Assembly: GCA_965198235.1 (NCBI GenBank)
Contig: OZ240248.1
Location: forward strand, 352,001 to 416,000
Direction: 5' to 3'
Source of the DNA: Candidatus Poribacteria bacterium
GTDB taxonomy: Bacteria; Poribacteria; WGA-4E; WGA-3G
DNA: 64,000 nucleotides
The position numbers and the translations under genes were made by a program. Each line of letters starts with the position of its first letter. Positions within the stretch are counted from its first letter, which is position 1. The notes under the pieces are model-generated. The model had not been told where the DNA came from. It made no database searches and saw only the letters and a list, made by a program, of their open reading frames with translations. Positions 20,189-30,831 of the stretch are shown here, in pieces.

Positions 20189-20450
20189 TATTAATTATAT
20201 TACATTTTTAGGTAGAAGTCAAGTCTTTGGCGGTCTTATATCCCAAACCTAAAGGATTCGGCTTTACGACCGAAGTCCCGTAAATGCTGAATGTTGTCGG
20301 CATTCTAATAGATATTCACTGTTTCGTCAATCCCAATTTTTGCTCGGAAACGAAATGTCCCTACCCAATAAGTTATGCGCTTGCACTAATTGCCAAGTTT
20401 TGTTAAAATATTATTACTTTAGACAAGTCCGAGCGAAAAGCAGATAAACT

Positions 20451-21248
20451 ATGGCAGACTATACTGTGAGTTCAGGAAACGTTTTTAAAGATTTGGAACC
20501 TCTTTCCCCTGACGAAAGATTGGCGAAAGCGAAATTGGCATATAAAATCAATTGTCTGATTGCTGATCGGGATATGACGCAAAAGGAAGCTTCGGAAGTG
20601 ACGGAGTCAGTCCAACGCATCACACATACGGACACAAATTATCCAGCAGGATTGGAGCAGTATTTAAAAACAGAAACGCCGGAAACGATTTGGGTGCACG
20701 GGAATATCGGCTTATTACCCGGGCAGAACACTTCCTTAAAAGGAGATCTCTGGGCACTTTTCTGCTCCAGCAAATGTCCGGGAGAGATTATCCTGAAAGC
20801 ACACGATTTAGCACAGAAATTTAAGGAAATAGGTATTCCAACGATCAGTGGGTATCACTCCCCAGTTGAGCAGGAATGCCTACGTGTCTTACTGCGTGGC
20901 TCACAACCAATTCTCTTATGTCCGGCACGGAGCATCGAAAACATGCGACACAAACCAGCGTGGAAAGACGCATTAGCCGAAGAGCGTCTATTAATCCTAT
21001 CTATTTTTGGGAGTCACCATCGGCGATCAACAGCGGCATTGGCGAATCAACGCAACGCTTTTGTCGCAGCACTTGCGGACAAAATTTGTATAGCGCACGC
21101 TGCAGAGGATAGCAAAACCCTGGAATTCGCGCAGATGGTGTTGGCGTGGGGTAAGCCCGTTTTCACCTTTGAAACACCAGCAAACAAGGCACTTTTTCAA
21201 CTTGGGGCGCGACGGATGGAACCGTCCCTAAATGTAAAGCAAGGATAA
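20451..21248 (+). CDS. DprA/SMF (SLOG)-like protein fused to a truncated XRE antitoxin N-terminus
   Basis: SSGNVFKDL...AKAKLA..IN..I....MTQKEA, then YP..L, ALFCSSKCPG, ISGYHSPVE, RNAFVAALAD. Confidence 0.75.
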   Translation: MADYTVSSGNVFKDLEPLSPDERLAKAKLAYKINCLIADRDMTQKEASEVTESVQRITHTDTNYPAGLEQYLKTETPETIWVHGNIGLLPGQNTSLKGDLWALFCSSKCPGEIILKAHDLAQKFKEIGIPTISGYHSPVEQECLRVLLRGSQPILLCPARSIENMRHKPAWKDALAEERLLILSIFGSHHRRSTAALANQRNAFVAALADKICIAHAAEDSKTLEFAQMVLAWGKPVFTFETPANKALFQLGARRMEPSLNVKQG

Positions 21249-21281
21249 ATCGTGCCTTAAGGCACAATTTGGAGGAAAATA

Positions 21282-22184
21282 ATGGCGAAAACCGTTTTTC
21301 TGGGAGACCACGAACTCACCTTTCCCGGTCCACATCTCGGTGCGCTTCGGGACTGCAACGCTGTACTCGATTCAGCAGAAGGCTTACACAAACAGATAGC
21401 GGAGGACGGGTATCTTCTCGTTCGTGGCTTAATCGATAAAGAAAAAGTTGTCGCGGGACGTCGGGCTATTCTTGAATACGCCAATGGCAATGGAAAAGAC
21501 GAGGTTTTCAAGTCCGGCACTGACATAATGGAGGCGGTTGCCGGTGAAGGAAGTCCTGGGCGAACAATGGGCACGCCCGCCGTTACGCACCATCCAGATG
21601 TGCAGGCGGTTTTGGAGGGGGATGAGCTTTTCAAATTCTTCCGAACTTTTTTTAGCGGCGATACCCGTACTTTCGATTACAAGTGGCTACGGTTCGTCCG
21701 CCCTGACGGCTGGTCGGGACCACATTTCGATTTCGTTTATATGGGGAGGGGTTCAAAGCAGTTGCACACCTGCTGGGTGCCGTTCGGCGACGTGCCAGCA
21801 ACGATGGGAACATTGACTGTGCTTGTCGGTTCACATAACCTCCCAAGCTTCGCGCCGATTCGGGATACTTACGGCAAAACAGATGTTGACAAAGACGGCA
21901 CCCCTGGACATTTCGGGCGCATTCCGATGGAGATCAGTGAAAAATATGGGGGTGAGTGGCAGACAGCAGATTTCGAGATGGGGGATGTCATCATCTTTAC
22001 CATGCACACGATGCACACCTCTACGAAGAATCTCTCCGATAGATGGCGAATCAGTTGTGACATCCGTTTCCAACCCGCAGCACATCCGATTGATGAGCGG
22101 TGGATCGGCAAAAACCCAATCTCTCACACGGGCAGCCAGAAGATTTCGTTTGAGGAAGCAAAAAAGCAGTGGGGACTGGCGTAG
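21282..22184 (+). CDS. PhyH family dioxygenase
   Basis: PHFD, GSH, GDVIIF...TMH, RISCDIRFQ. Confidence 0.9.
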   Translation: MAKTVFLGDHELTFPGPHLGALRDCNAVLDSAEGLHKQIAEDGYLLVRGLIDKEKVVAGRRAILEYANGNGKDEVFKSGTDIMEAVAGEGSPGRTMGTPAVTHHPDVQAVLEGDELFKFFRTFFSGDTRTFDYKWLRFVRPDGWSGPHFDFVYMGRGSKQLHTCWVPFGDVPATMGTLTVLVGSHNLPSFAPIRDTYGKTDVDKDGTPGHFGRIPMEISEKYGGEWQTADFEMGDVIIFTMHTMHTSTKNLSDRWRISCDIRFQPAAHPIDERWIGKNPISHTGSQKISFEEAKKQWGLA

Positions 22185-22336
22185 TCCCCACATTTAAGGT
22201 GTAGCGTTTTTGAGCAATTTCTATACACATTAAGCGGACATGTATACTTTTTCGCAATTTCTATACATATCGGCGTTGATACGTATAATTTGTATACATA
22301 TCCATCCAATATTTGGTATTTAGCGCGCCCTTACGA

Positions 22337-23512
22337 TTAACCGAACAACGCTCGTCGGATCTGACGCACCGCTTGACGAATCCGATCTTCGTTCTCTACG
22401 AGGGCAATACGGATATACCCCTCGCCGTTATGCCCAAATCCCGCGCCGGGAGAAACACAGACCTCTGCCTCGCTCAGAAGTTTCATGGCGAATTCCATGG
22501 AACTTAGGTGTTTCCATGCGTCAGGAATCGGTGCCCAGACGAACATTGAAGCCTGCGGTTTTGGGACCTTCCATCCGATCCTGTTTAGACCATCAACAAG
22601 CACATCACGGCGGTTTTGGTAGACGGCAGCGTTTTCCATCACCGTATCCAATGGGGTACGCAGTGCCATAATTGCAGCAACTTGGATCGGTGCGAAAATC
22701 CCGTAATCGTAATACCCTTTAATCCGAGCGAGTGCCTCAATAATCTCACGATTTCCAGCGGCAAATCCACACCGCCATCCCGCCATATTGTAGGATTTAG
22801 ACAGAGAGATAAATTCGATACCGACATCCTTCGCGCCTTTTGCCTGCAAGAGACTCGGTGCCTTATATCCATCAAAAACAATGTCTGCATACGCCAAATC
22901 GTGGATCACAATGATCTCTTGGCGTTTCGCAAACGCGACAATCTCTTCAAAGAATCCAAGGTCAACGACGGCACCCGTTGGGTTGTGCGGAAAACTTAAG
23001 ATTAACACCTTGGGCCTGGGCCAAATGTCACGTGTGATTTCGGTGAGCGAGGGGATGAAATCGTTCTCCTCCGTCAATGGTATACTCACAACACTTCCAC
23101 CCGCGAGCACAATGCTGTACATGTGAATGGGAAAGGTCGGATTCGGAACCATCGCTAAGTCACCGTTGTCAATCAAGGCTAAAGCGAGGTGTCCAAGTCC
23201 CTCTTTGGTGCCAATGACAGCAATTGCTTCTTCATCCGGATCAATATCAACACCGAACCGGCGTTCGTAATGCCAACTGACTTCCCTACGCAGATTGTAG
23301 ATGCCACGCGAAACGGAATAGCGGTGATTCCTAAGTTCTTGTGCCGCCTCTGCCAATTTATCAATAATAGGCTGCGGGGTCGGTTGGTTCGGATTGCCCA
23401 TCCCCAAATCGATAATATCAATTCCGTGCTGCCGACGTTCGTGTGTTAACTGTTTGAGTTTGCCGAACATGTAGGGTGGGAGTCGATTTAAGCGTTTTGA
23501 AAATATATTCAT
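22337..23512 (-). CDS. Class I/II PLP aminotransferase (AlaC / LL-DAP aminotransferase-like)
   Basis: DLGMGNP, PHNPTG, DLAY, SLSKSYNMAGWR. Confidence 0.92.
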   Translation of the reverse strand: MNIFSKRLNRLPPYMFGKLKQLTHERRQHGIDIIDLGMGNPNQPTPQPIIDKLAEAAQELRNHRYSVSRGIYNLRREVSWHYERRFGVDIDPDEEAIAVIGTKEGLGHLALALIDNGDLAMVPNPTFPIHMYSIVLAGGSVVSIPLTEENDFIPSLTEITRDIWPRPKVLILSFPHNPTGAVVDLGFFEEIVAFAKRQEIIVIHDLAYADIVFDGYKAPSLLQAKGAKDVGIEFISLSKSYNMAGWRCGFAAGNREIIEALARIKGYYDYGIFAPIQVAAIMALRTPLDTVMENAAVYQNRRDVLVDGLNRIGWKVPKPQASMFVWAPIPDAWKHLSSMEFAMKLLSEAEVCVSPGAGFGHNGEGYIRIALVENEDRIRQAVRQIRRALFG

Positions 23513-23567
23513 TTTTCCGAAATCCTGATTTTTTAGATTTGTGTTAGCAAATTTGTTTTTCTATGTT

Positions 23568-25007
23568 TTATTTACCATGCTGCCAATACGTCCGTAACCG
23601 TTCGCCCCAATTCGATATTACCCGCTTCGGGCTTGGATGTACGATTTGCCGCCGATGGAGTCTCGCTTCTTGGGCAAACAGTTTTTCTTGGCATGTTTCA
23701 ATGACTTCACCGTAGGTTGTATCCTGTGCAAGGTTTTCTGTCTCTCCCGGATCGTCGTGCCGGTCAAACAACTGCGCAAGCCCAAGTTGCTCGGCATCTG
23801 GTCCAGGGGGGTGGAAATCTTCTACTCCAGAATTGCTGTTAGAAGTCGGTTTGTATTCTGTAACGTATTTATATCGCTCAGTGACAATTGCGCGTCCCCA
23901 GTAATTGCTCTCTATGTAGGCGTAATCGCGCCAAGGGACATCCTTCCCTTCCGCAAGCGGACGGACACTCAATCCCTGTACTTCTTCAGGGACATCAATA
24001 CCGGCGTAATCGCAGACGGTAGGGAATAGATCGACACCAGAGACGAAATGCGTTTCGTCAAACCGATCCTTCTCTACAGGAATCTCTTCCCCCAAGCACG
24101 CGACGATGAACGGCACTCTTACGCTTTCTTCGTAGAGCGTGAATTTCTGGAACATCTGGTGGCTTCCACACGCCTCCCCGTGGTCCGCGCTGAAGATGAT
24201 AAGCGTGTTATGGTGCCGAGATGTCTCTCGTAGCAGTGCAAGGACTCTTCCAATCTCTGCATCAACTTTTTCAATGAACCTGTAATAATTCCATCTCAGA
24301 TAACGCCAGTGGAGTTCATCCCAACCCCGTATCCCTTTAAGAATAGCCGCGTGGATAAGGGCATCATCAACCCTTCGGCAGACACGGTGTAACGCCGTCT
24401 CCCGTTCATCATAATCGAAGTTCTCTGGAAGCGGCGGCAAATCGTCTTCCGAAACTATTCCCTGTTCCAGTGGATTTGGAATATGCTTCTCCTCATGGTT
24501 GTGCAAATATTCGCACACGTCGTGCGGATCGACGTAACCGATCTGGAGATAAAACGGATCGTCGCCATCGTAGTTCGTCAAGAAATCAGCAACTGCGTGA
24601 GTAGATGCTGAATCGTAGTATGCGGCACCACCTGCCCCAATGTCCTGTTGCCCATAATAGAGGGTCTGAAAACTCTCGCGGACATTTCTGCCCGGAACAT
24701 GCCACTTGCCGCAGTGGAACGCTTTATAGCCACCTGTGTTGAGTAATTGTCCAAGGTCAGGAATTTCTGGGTGCAGGTATCCACCGTTAAACGGAACACC
24801 CGTTTCGGAGGTATATAAACCTGTCGCCCAACTGGAACGAGCGGCGGCACACACTGGGTCCGTACAGAACGACCTACGAAAAGAGGTTCCGTTCCGATGA
24901 AGTTCATCGATATTGGGTGTCCGAAGAAACGGATTTCCGTAAGCCGAGATCGCATCCCACGAGTGCTGGTCGGTGTTGATAAAAAGAATATTGGGGCGTT
25001 CGTTCAT
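23568..25007 (-). CDS. Sulfatase family protein
   Basis: PNILFINTDQ, CAAAR, GKWH, SADHG. Confidence 0.92.
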   Translation of the reverse strand: MNERPNILFINTDQHSWDAISAYGNPFLRTPNIDELHRNGTSFRRSFCTDPVCAAARSSWATGLYTSETGVPFNGGYLHPEIPDLGQLLNTGGYKAFHCGKWHVPGRNVRESFQTLYYGQQDIGAGGAAYYDSASTHAVADFLTNYDGDDPFYLQIGYVDPHDVCEYLHNHEEKHIPNPLEQGIVSEDDLPPLPENFDYDERETALHRVCRRVDDALIHAAILKGIRGWDELHWRYLRWNYYRFIEKVDAEIGRVLALLRETSRHHNTLIIFSADHGEACGSHQMFQKFTLYEESVRVPFIVACLGEEIPVEKDRFDETHFVSGVDLFPTVCDYAGIDVPEEVQGLSVRPLAEGKDVPWRDYAYIESNYWGRAIVTERYKYVTEYKPTSNSNSGVEDFHPPGPDAEQLGLAQLFDRHDDPGETENLAQDTTYGEVIETCQEKLFAQEARLHRRQIVHPSPKRVISNWGERLRTYWQHGK

Positions 25008-25795
25008 ACACGGTCCCCCGTCTTCTCTCTAAGTACCAAGGTCTCGAAAAAGGTTGAAGCGATAGCGATGTTTCCGTGTGCATCGAGCCACCAATAAGAA
25101 GGCAAAAGTCCAGCACCGTAAAGATAATAACCGTCAAGCGGAATAGGGGTCTGTATTGACTCAAGGAAACCGAGTCTACTTTTCAGTCTAAGTTGCTCCA
25201 AGTCTTCGAGCACGGCAATGTCCATTCCATCGCCTGACTCCTGAATTGTTTGGGCAAGCGTGGGAATCACATCGAAGAGTGCCCAATTGCATGTCAATTT
25301 GACGGATGCGTCCACTATTCCTGCAGCAATTTCAGTGCCGTTGATGCGCAGTCGCACCTCTGAATCTGAGGCGAGATAGCCAGCACACGCCAATTGGGAG
25401 TATTCATCGTCGGCACTGTTTCGGGCATCAACGCTCCAATTATCCCTAAGCGGACGATGATTTTCATCACTACAACAGAATTGCATTTGCAGATTCTCGC
25501 CGCTTGTTGTATTTTCGTATTTGACAGAATAGTGCCACAGATTGTCTTTTTTGCTCCGTTCGATGATGGCTGTTCCGATGCTCAGTGTCTCCGTGTTCCC
25601 TTCTCTGTTATAGCCACGCCAGTAGTTCGGTAGCACATTGTAAACATGAGTAATGGTCTGCCCCGTCTGTGTGCCGCGTGCGCCAGCTTCCGGGTCATAT
25701 CCGCGAAGCGTTTCGATCAATTCTTGTGCAAATTGGGGGGCTTGGGCACCGTAATTGTAGTCGAAGGACCAGTGCAGCGAATTGCTATCATTCAT
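25004..25795 (-). CDS. Hypothetical protein
   Basis: 263-aa ORF with ATGA overlaps to both neighbours. Confidence 0.75.
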   Translation of the reverse strand: MNDSNSLHWSFDYNYGAQAPQFAQELIETLRGYDPEAGARGTQTGQTITHVYNVLPNYWRGYNREGNTETLSIGTAIIERSKKDNLWHYSVKYENTTSGENLQMQFCCSDENHRPLRDNWSVDARNSADDEYSQLACAGYLASDSEVRLRINGTEIAAGIVDASVKLTCNWALFDVIPTLAQTIQESGDGMDIAVLEDLEQLRLKSRLGFLESIQTPIPLDGYYLYGAGLLPSYWWLDAHGNIAIASTFFETLVLREKTGDRV

Positions 25796-26481
25796 GGTGT
25801 TGGAATCATTGGCGTATTTTGGGGGACTTTACTGGATGCAGCGTTATGTGCATAACGGGTCGTTTCGGGCAATCGGTAGCCTCGACAACATGCAAGGGTC
25901 AAGGTGCGTGCTGAATCCAAAGAAATTCGGTGGCCTATGGATATGTACACCACCTGAACATTTCTACGCGTGCGAACAGCAGCACCGATCACCTCGCCTT
26001 TGTCCATCAGGTACGTGTAAGCTCCCTGTTCCGATTCCGGTTCCTCGTATTGTCCCCAAAGCCGGGATTTTGCACATCCAATCGTCGGTTTATCCAAAAT
26101 CAGCCCCAAATGCGATGCGAGTCCAAACCGCCTTGGGTGCGCGATCCCCTGTCCATCTACTATCACCAGATCAGGTTCAGTTTGCAACTGTGTGAATGCT
26201 GTCAATAGGGGCGGGATTTCCCGAAAGGACAACAACCCCGGTATATAAGGAAAACAAACAGGGCTTTCAGTAACCACGCTATCTACCACCTGCAACTCGG
26301 GAAAACTGAGGACTACCACGGATGCGCGTGCGATGTCCTTTTTCAGTCCGATATCTACCCCAGCAACGGTATTGATTTTCCCAAACCGGTCTGTTCTAAC
26401 CACCTGCGTGCGGAGTTCATTTTGGAGTCTCCGTGCTTCTTCAGGGGTAACATTCCACGAATGGAGGGCGTGATACTGCAT
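25792..26481 (-). CDS. nfi: Endonuclease V
   Basis: AGVD, FPYIPGLLSFRE, DGQGIAHPRRFG, IGCAKS. Confidence 0.96.
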   Translation of the reverse strand: MQYHALHSWNVTPEEARRLQNELRTQVVRTDRFGKINTVAGVDIGLKKDIARASVVVLSFPELQVVDSVVTESPVCFPYIPGLLSFREIPPLLTAFTQLQTEPDLVIVDGQGIAHPRRFGLASHLGLILDKPTIGCAKSRLWGQYEEPESEQGAYTYLMDKGEVIGAAVRTRRNVQVVYISIGHRISLDSARTLTLACCRGYRLPETTRYAHNAASSKVPQNTPMIPTP

Positions 26482-26642
26482 AGCTGCCGCTGTTCGTTTT
26501 CAATGTAAACGTCGTTGTGTTTTACAATGTTTCAGGCACAAAGAAAGCGTGCGGTGGTAAACCCTCCGCAGATGCTTATAACATTATAACACAAAACACT
26601 TCGATTGTCAAACCTTTTCAGTATAACCTATGAGTCCAATGA

Positions 26643-26795
26643 CTATTTCTTTCGCGTCGTCTCTTTGACCTCAACGGCACCGGGCTTCGTGATATGCCGG
26701 ATGCCCGCGAAGAAGGCAGAGAGGACTAAGTAACCGCCACCGATACCGATGAGGGCGCCCAAACTGCCGATAATAATTTCTATTCCGTTGAACAT
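26643..26795 (-). CDS. 50-aa single-TM membrane microprotein (below the ORF-track cut-off)
   Basis: MFNGIEIIIGSLGALIGIGGGYLVLSAFFAGIRHITKPGAVEVKETTRKK, preceded by GAGGAG. Confidence 0.7.
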   Translation of the reverse strand: MFNGIEIIIGSLGALIGIGGGYLVLSAFFAGIRHITKPGAVEVKETTRKK

Positions 26796-27225
26796 CGTAC
26801 GTTCTCCTCAAATGGGATTTTTATAATGGCTCTATATGAACCTGTCGGCGTTTCTCAAATTTTGAGTTTATCGCCTGAATTATTGCATGTAGTAAACGGA
26901 AATATCTATAAGTCGGTTTCAAATTTGTACGTTAAATTTTTCCGACTAACAGGTTAATGATTAGGAAGTAGCAAGAATTATGCCATCGCAGAGATGCCAA
27001 TATGGAAGGATAAGTCAGAAAAATGTGTGTAATTAAGCACAATGGGACAAGAAATATACGCGTATGTAGCAAAATAGAAACATTTGATATGACGTGTTTC
27101 GCTGTGAATCCTTTCAAAAGGACAGATAAAACAGGGTTTTCGAGAGAATCGCTGACAGGGACGAGTATTTGCACGGTCATCTTAAAACGATACTACCCGT
27201 CTGATTTCTGTGATGTTGGAGGACT

Positions 27226-27975
27226 TTAGTCAAGCATGGCGAGAATACTGGGGGGTACAAGGTGTTCAATGGTTTCACCCTGCATCAACAGTTCTCTGAC
27301 TTCTGTTGATGACATATAAGCGTAAACGTCAGGCAACAGAACACATGAAACGTAAGGGACATACCGGCGAATTTCCGGTTGGTTCATGAAGGACTCTATT
27401 GTTTTGATATCTGCCTCCCCCCGATTCGCTACAATGAAACGGGCTTCTATAAAGAGTGCTCCCAATTCCGAGTGGAAATCTGTGTAGTATTTCGGGTCGA
27501 AGATTCTCACGAGGGTATCATATCCAACAATAAAGTGGAACTCGGTTTCTGGTGGTAAAATAACTTTTAAAGCCGTGACTTTATCAATATATCTGCCGTG
27601 GCTTGATACACCGACGGAAAACTTTGGTCGATTCTCCGCGTACCTTTTGAGTGTCAAGAGCCTCGCGGCAAGCGGTAAGCCGAACACCGTTTTATCTACG
27701 TTCGCCTTCGCAAGGAGAAGGAGTAGTTCGTCCAACTGGTATTCAGCAATTGTGTCCTCAATCATCTTGGTATGCGCAAGCGTCAGCGGATTAAAGGAAC
27801 CTGAAAAAATGCCGAGCTTCTTACCGCGTTCAGATATTGATGGTTCTGCCCGGTGTACCAGTTCTATCCGCGGCGATGCTGTTGGATCCAACCGATTAAA
27901 GAGTTCGGTGTACCGTTCATAGTCCGGATGATTTTCGCACTTTTGTATCAACAGATCCAGTAGTGAGTTAGCCAT
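27226..27975 (-). CDS. NadD-like nucleotidyltransferase
   Basis: GSFNPLTLAH, FIVGYDT, SSTEVR. Confidence 0.85.
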   Translation of the reverse strand: MANSLLDLLIQKCENHPDYERYTELFNRLDPTASPRIELVHRAEPSISERGKKLGIFSGSFNPLTLAHTKMIEDTIAEYQLDELLLLLAKANVDKTVFGLPLAARLLTLKRYAENRPKFSVGVSSHGRYIDKVTALKVILPPETEFHFIVGYDTLVRIFDPKYYTDFHSELGALFIEARFIVANRGEADIKTIESFMNQPEIRRYVPYVSCVLLPDVYAYMSSTEVRELLMQGETIEHLVPPSILAMLD

Positions 27976-28041
27976 TCGTCTACCTGTGCTCTTGTTCGAT
28001 AGCCTAAATCTCTATGTCAGGGGATTTGTGTAAAGATAGAA

Positions 28042-28833
28042 TTAATCCGTGTCAACTTCCGCTTTTTTCGCTTCTTCCCAGATTGCATCGAGACTCTCTA
28101 AGTCTTGTGCTTCAAAATTTGTGCCGCGGCGTTCTAATTCCGCTTCCATCCATTTAAAGCGTGTCATAAACTTACGGTTCGCCCCACGCAATGTTTCTTC
28201 GGCTTGAATCTCCATAAAGCGGCACAGATTGACGATGGCAAAGAACAGATCTCCGAGTTCCATCGAAATTGCTTCCGGTTTATCTGCCCGGATACTTGCC
28301 TTGACCTCTTGGAGTTCTTCGTCGACTTTGGCGACGACATCAGTGAGTTTATCCCAATCGAAACCGACACGCGCGGCTCGATTCTGTATCTTCTGGGCAC
28401 GGAGCAGCATCGGAAGCGCGTTCGGAATCCCGTCAAGTACTGATTTCCGGTCTTCGTAGCCTGCCTCTTGGCGTTTAATCTCTTCCCAGTTTTTCACAAC
28501 TTCGTCTGAATCCTCAACATTGACATCGCCAAAGACGTGCGGGTGTCGCCGGATGAGTTTCTCTGTTAGTGTTTTAATCACGGCGTAGATGTCAAAATCC
28601 TTATGTTCTGCTGCGATCTGTGCTTGGAGCATAATGTTCAGCAGAAGATCGCCCAATTCCTCTTTCAATTTTCTCGGGTCACCTGCATCGATCGCCTCAA
28701 GCGTCTCGTAGGTTTCCTCAATGAGTGTGGATTTCAGCGTTTCATGTGTCTGCTCTCGATCCCACGGACATCCGTTCTCACTTCTTAATGTCGCTATGAC
28801 ACCGATAAGTTCTTCAAACAATTCTTTTTGCAT
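28042..28833 (-). CDS. mazG: Nucleoside triphosphate pyrophosphohydrolase MazG
   Basis: CPWDREQT, EELGDLL, RRHPHVFG, GFDW. Confidence 0.96.
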   Translation of the reverse strand: MQKELFEELIGVIATLRSENGCPWDREQTHETLKSTLIEETYETLEAIDAGDPRKLKEELGDLLLNIMLQAQIAAEHKDFDIYAVIKTLTEKLIRRHPHVFGDVNVEDSDEVVKNWEEIKRQEAGYEDRKSVLDGIPNALPMLLRAQKIQNRAARVGFDWDKLTDVVAKVDEELQEVKASIRADKPEAISMELGDLFFAIVNLCRFMEIQAEETLRGANRKFMTRFKWMEAELERRGTNFEAQDLESLDAIWEEAKKAEVDTD

Positions 28834-28843
28834 AGGGTCCTCC

Positions 28844-30127
28844 TTACTTCAAACCTGTTTTGTTTTTCAAAGTTTTTACATGTTTTCGGACTTCCGCGTA
28901 GCGTTTTGCTTCCGGGAAGTAGGTAAGATAGAGTTTATAGAGTTGCAGCGCACGAGCATAGTTTTTCTGTGCCTCTGCCTCGCGCGCTCGACCTTCTAAC
29001 GCATCTGCTTTGGCATTTAGCAGTTCGCTGAGCAGTTGCACGGCACCTTCTTCAAAGACGCTGCCGACATATTTATCGCGGAATACTTCTAATGCTTTTA
29101 CCGTTTTGGCGTACGGTTTCTCATCGGCTGTCTTTTTTAACGCATTGAATCGCTTTTTGGCTTGGATACCGAGGCGCGTTACGGATTCTTTCGCTGTGCG
29201 GCACAGTTCTGTATCCGGTAAAATCTCTGCAATTTGGGTGTAAAGTGTGAACGCCTCACCCAATCTACCGTTCTTCTCCGCGGTTTGTGCCTTTTCAAAC
29301 CCAGATTCAACCTGTTTCATGGGTCCATAATTGATAAGCCACTCCCGCATTTTTGTTTTTGTCAACCACTGTGGAGAGAGACTGTGTGTTTCATTTTCCC
29401 AACCCTCAAAAGTCACATCCGCTCCCCAGTCTGTGTAAAGCTGCGCTGAGCGTTTTGCGCGTGGATAATGCGGATCATCTAACTCTCCTGCACCGTAGAA
29501 GAGTGGATGCCCGCGAATGAGTTCCGCCGGTGGTGGATTCATGTCCACATCGCGCCTACCTGCCCCAAGGACGAGCCTCCCCGCTAACCGATCTAACATT
29601 TGTTCTCCGAGAACGGTCGTTGAGTAGCCGCCTTGGCTATAACCGCCCATGAAAATGTATTCTTTGGCAACGTTCACTCGTGTTGAAATAAGTTTTAACG
29701 CCTCATCAAAGAAGATTTTCTCCTGTGCCGTTTCGGTAGGGGGAAGGTGTTTCTTATAATAGAGGTCAGTTGTGTAATTCATACCGGCAACGATAAACCC
29801 TTCTCCTTTTGTTACCTGCTTGAAGGGCCACGTTGTGGCTGTTCCACCGTAGCCGTGATAACAAAAAATGACCGGAAAGGGTCGTTTGTCGGTGTAATCA
29901 ACCGGGACGTAAAGCAGAAATGTCTTCCCTGTCTTTGGAGCTGTGATCCGCACTTCTGTCCCCGGTGACACAGCGGGTATCTCAGCGGCGAGTGCGCTAT
30001 GGAACAGAAGCAGCAGGAGTGTGTTGCAGCACGCTATCCTCACGCTGCGGAATGGATTATTGGAACGTGGACCCCTGATAGCAAGTTTCGGAAACCTACA
30101 AGTTGCACCGAAAAGGCGTGTTTTCAT
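28844..30127 (-). CDS. Exported alpha/beta hydrolase (esterase-like) with helical TPR-like C-terminus
   Basis: YHGYGG, GYSQGG nucleophile elbow; start uncertain. Confidence 0.75.
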   Translation of the reverse strand: MKTRLFGATCRFPKLAIRGPRSNNPFRSVRIACCNTLLLLLFHSALAAEIPAVSPGTEVRITAPKTGKTFLLYVPVDYTDKRPFPVIFCYHGYGGTATTWPFKQVTKGEGFIVAGMNYTTDLYYKKHLPPTETAQEKIFFDEALKLISTRVNVAKEYIFMGGYSQGGYSTTVLGEQMLDRLAGRLVLGAGRRDVDMNPPPAELIRGHPLFYGAGELDDPHYPRAKRSAQLYTDWGADVTFEGWENETHSLSPQWLTKTKMREWLINYGPMKQVESGFEKAQTAEKNGRLGEAFTLYTQIAEILPDTELCRTAKESVTRLGIQAKKRFNALKKTADEKPYAKTVKALEVFRDKYVGSVFEEGAVQLLSELLNAKADALEGRAREAEAQKNYARALQLYKLYLTYFPEAKRYAEVRKHVKTLKNKTGLK

Positions 30128-30831
30128 GCGTCCGTTCCGTTCTCTTGGTCTTGAAGGGTTTCTAACTGAATAATCAGTTGACCGAGTTGAAGTCGCAGTA
30201 GTAGCGTATAGATTTGCATCAGGAGCGTAACCTGTGCTTCTGTTGGCAGATCACTGGCACGAATTACCGAGAGCAGCCTATCTGCACGTTCTCGGACCTG
30301 TTCGGCTTTTTCTAAATCATCGTCTTCTGTTTCCACTGTGCTTTCTTTGATGAACTGCCAGATGCGGTCCTGGATCTCCAGCATATAATTTTTTGCCATT
30401 GCGGTGCGTGCCCGTTTAGCAGAGTCCACCCAGATTGTATTTGCCTTCCAATTGAGCATAAAAGCCACGCTGTTGATGAGCACATCGCGGAGGGTATCCT
30501 CGCCAGAAAGGAGTTCCTCAATATTGGTAACCCCTTCTGCCTCTGCAGAGAAGGTCCGCACGCGTGTGTACTCCTTCAGATTTTTCAGCATCAACTCGTT
30601 TTCAGCGATGAGATGCCAAAGGTCTGAACTCGTTGAAAGCAAGACCTCTACACGGTTGCAAACCGGACCGGGAATTTGTGAGCGGATGCAGTAATAGTGG
30701 AGGCCGTGGAGTCGACTCCTGAGGTCTTGCAAGCTCTCAGTCGTCTGGAGTTCCGACGGGTGTGCGATGGACGGGAGGACTTCCTCCCGAATCTGATTCA
30801 AAAGTGTAGGGACAGTGCGTTCAGCATTCAT
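30124..30831 (-). CDS. Hypothetical helical protein
   Basis: 235-aa ORF, ATGA overlap with the next gene. Confidence 0.7.
   Translation of the reverse strand: MNAERTVPTLLNQIREEVLPSIAHPSELQTTESLQDLRSRLHGLHYYCIRSQIPGPVCNRVEVLLSTSSDLWHLIAENELMLKNLKEYTRVRTFSAEAEGVTNIEELLSGEDTLRDVLINSVAFMLNWKANTIWVDSAKRARTAMAKNYMLEIQDRIWQFIKESTVETEDDDLEKAEQVRERADRLLSVIRASDLPTEAQVTLLMQIYTLLLRLQLGQLIIQLETLQDQENGTDA

Larger units (their letters stand above)
19583..20280 (-). mobile_element. Internally deleted IS200/IS605 tnpB element
   Basis: Both end hairpins resemble those of 13743-15205; right end TCAC; promoter TTGACT-N17-TATAAT at 20194-20222. Confidence 0.85.

Noticed and set aside
22210-22270. GCAATTTCTATACA(C/T)AT direct repeat
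   Set aside because: Two copies between convergent genes; no function can be supported
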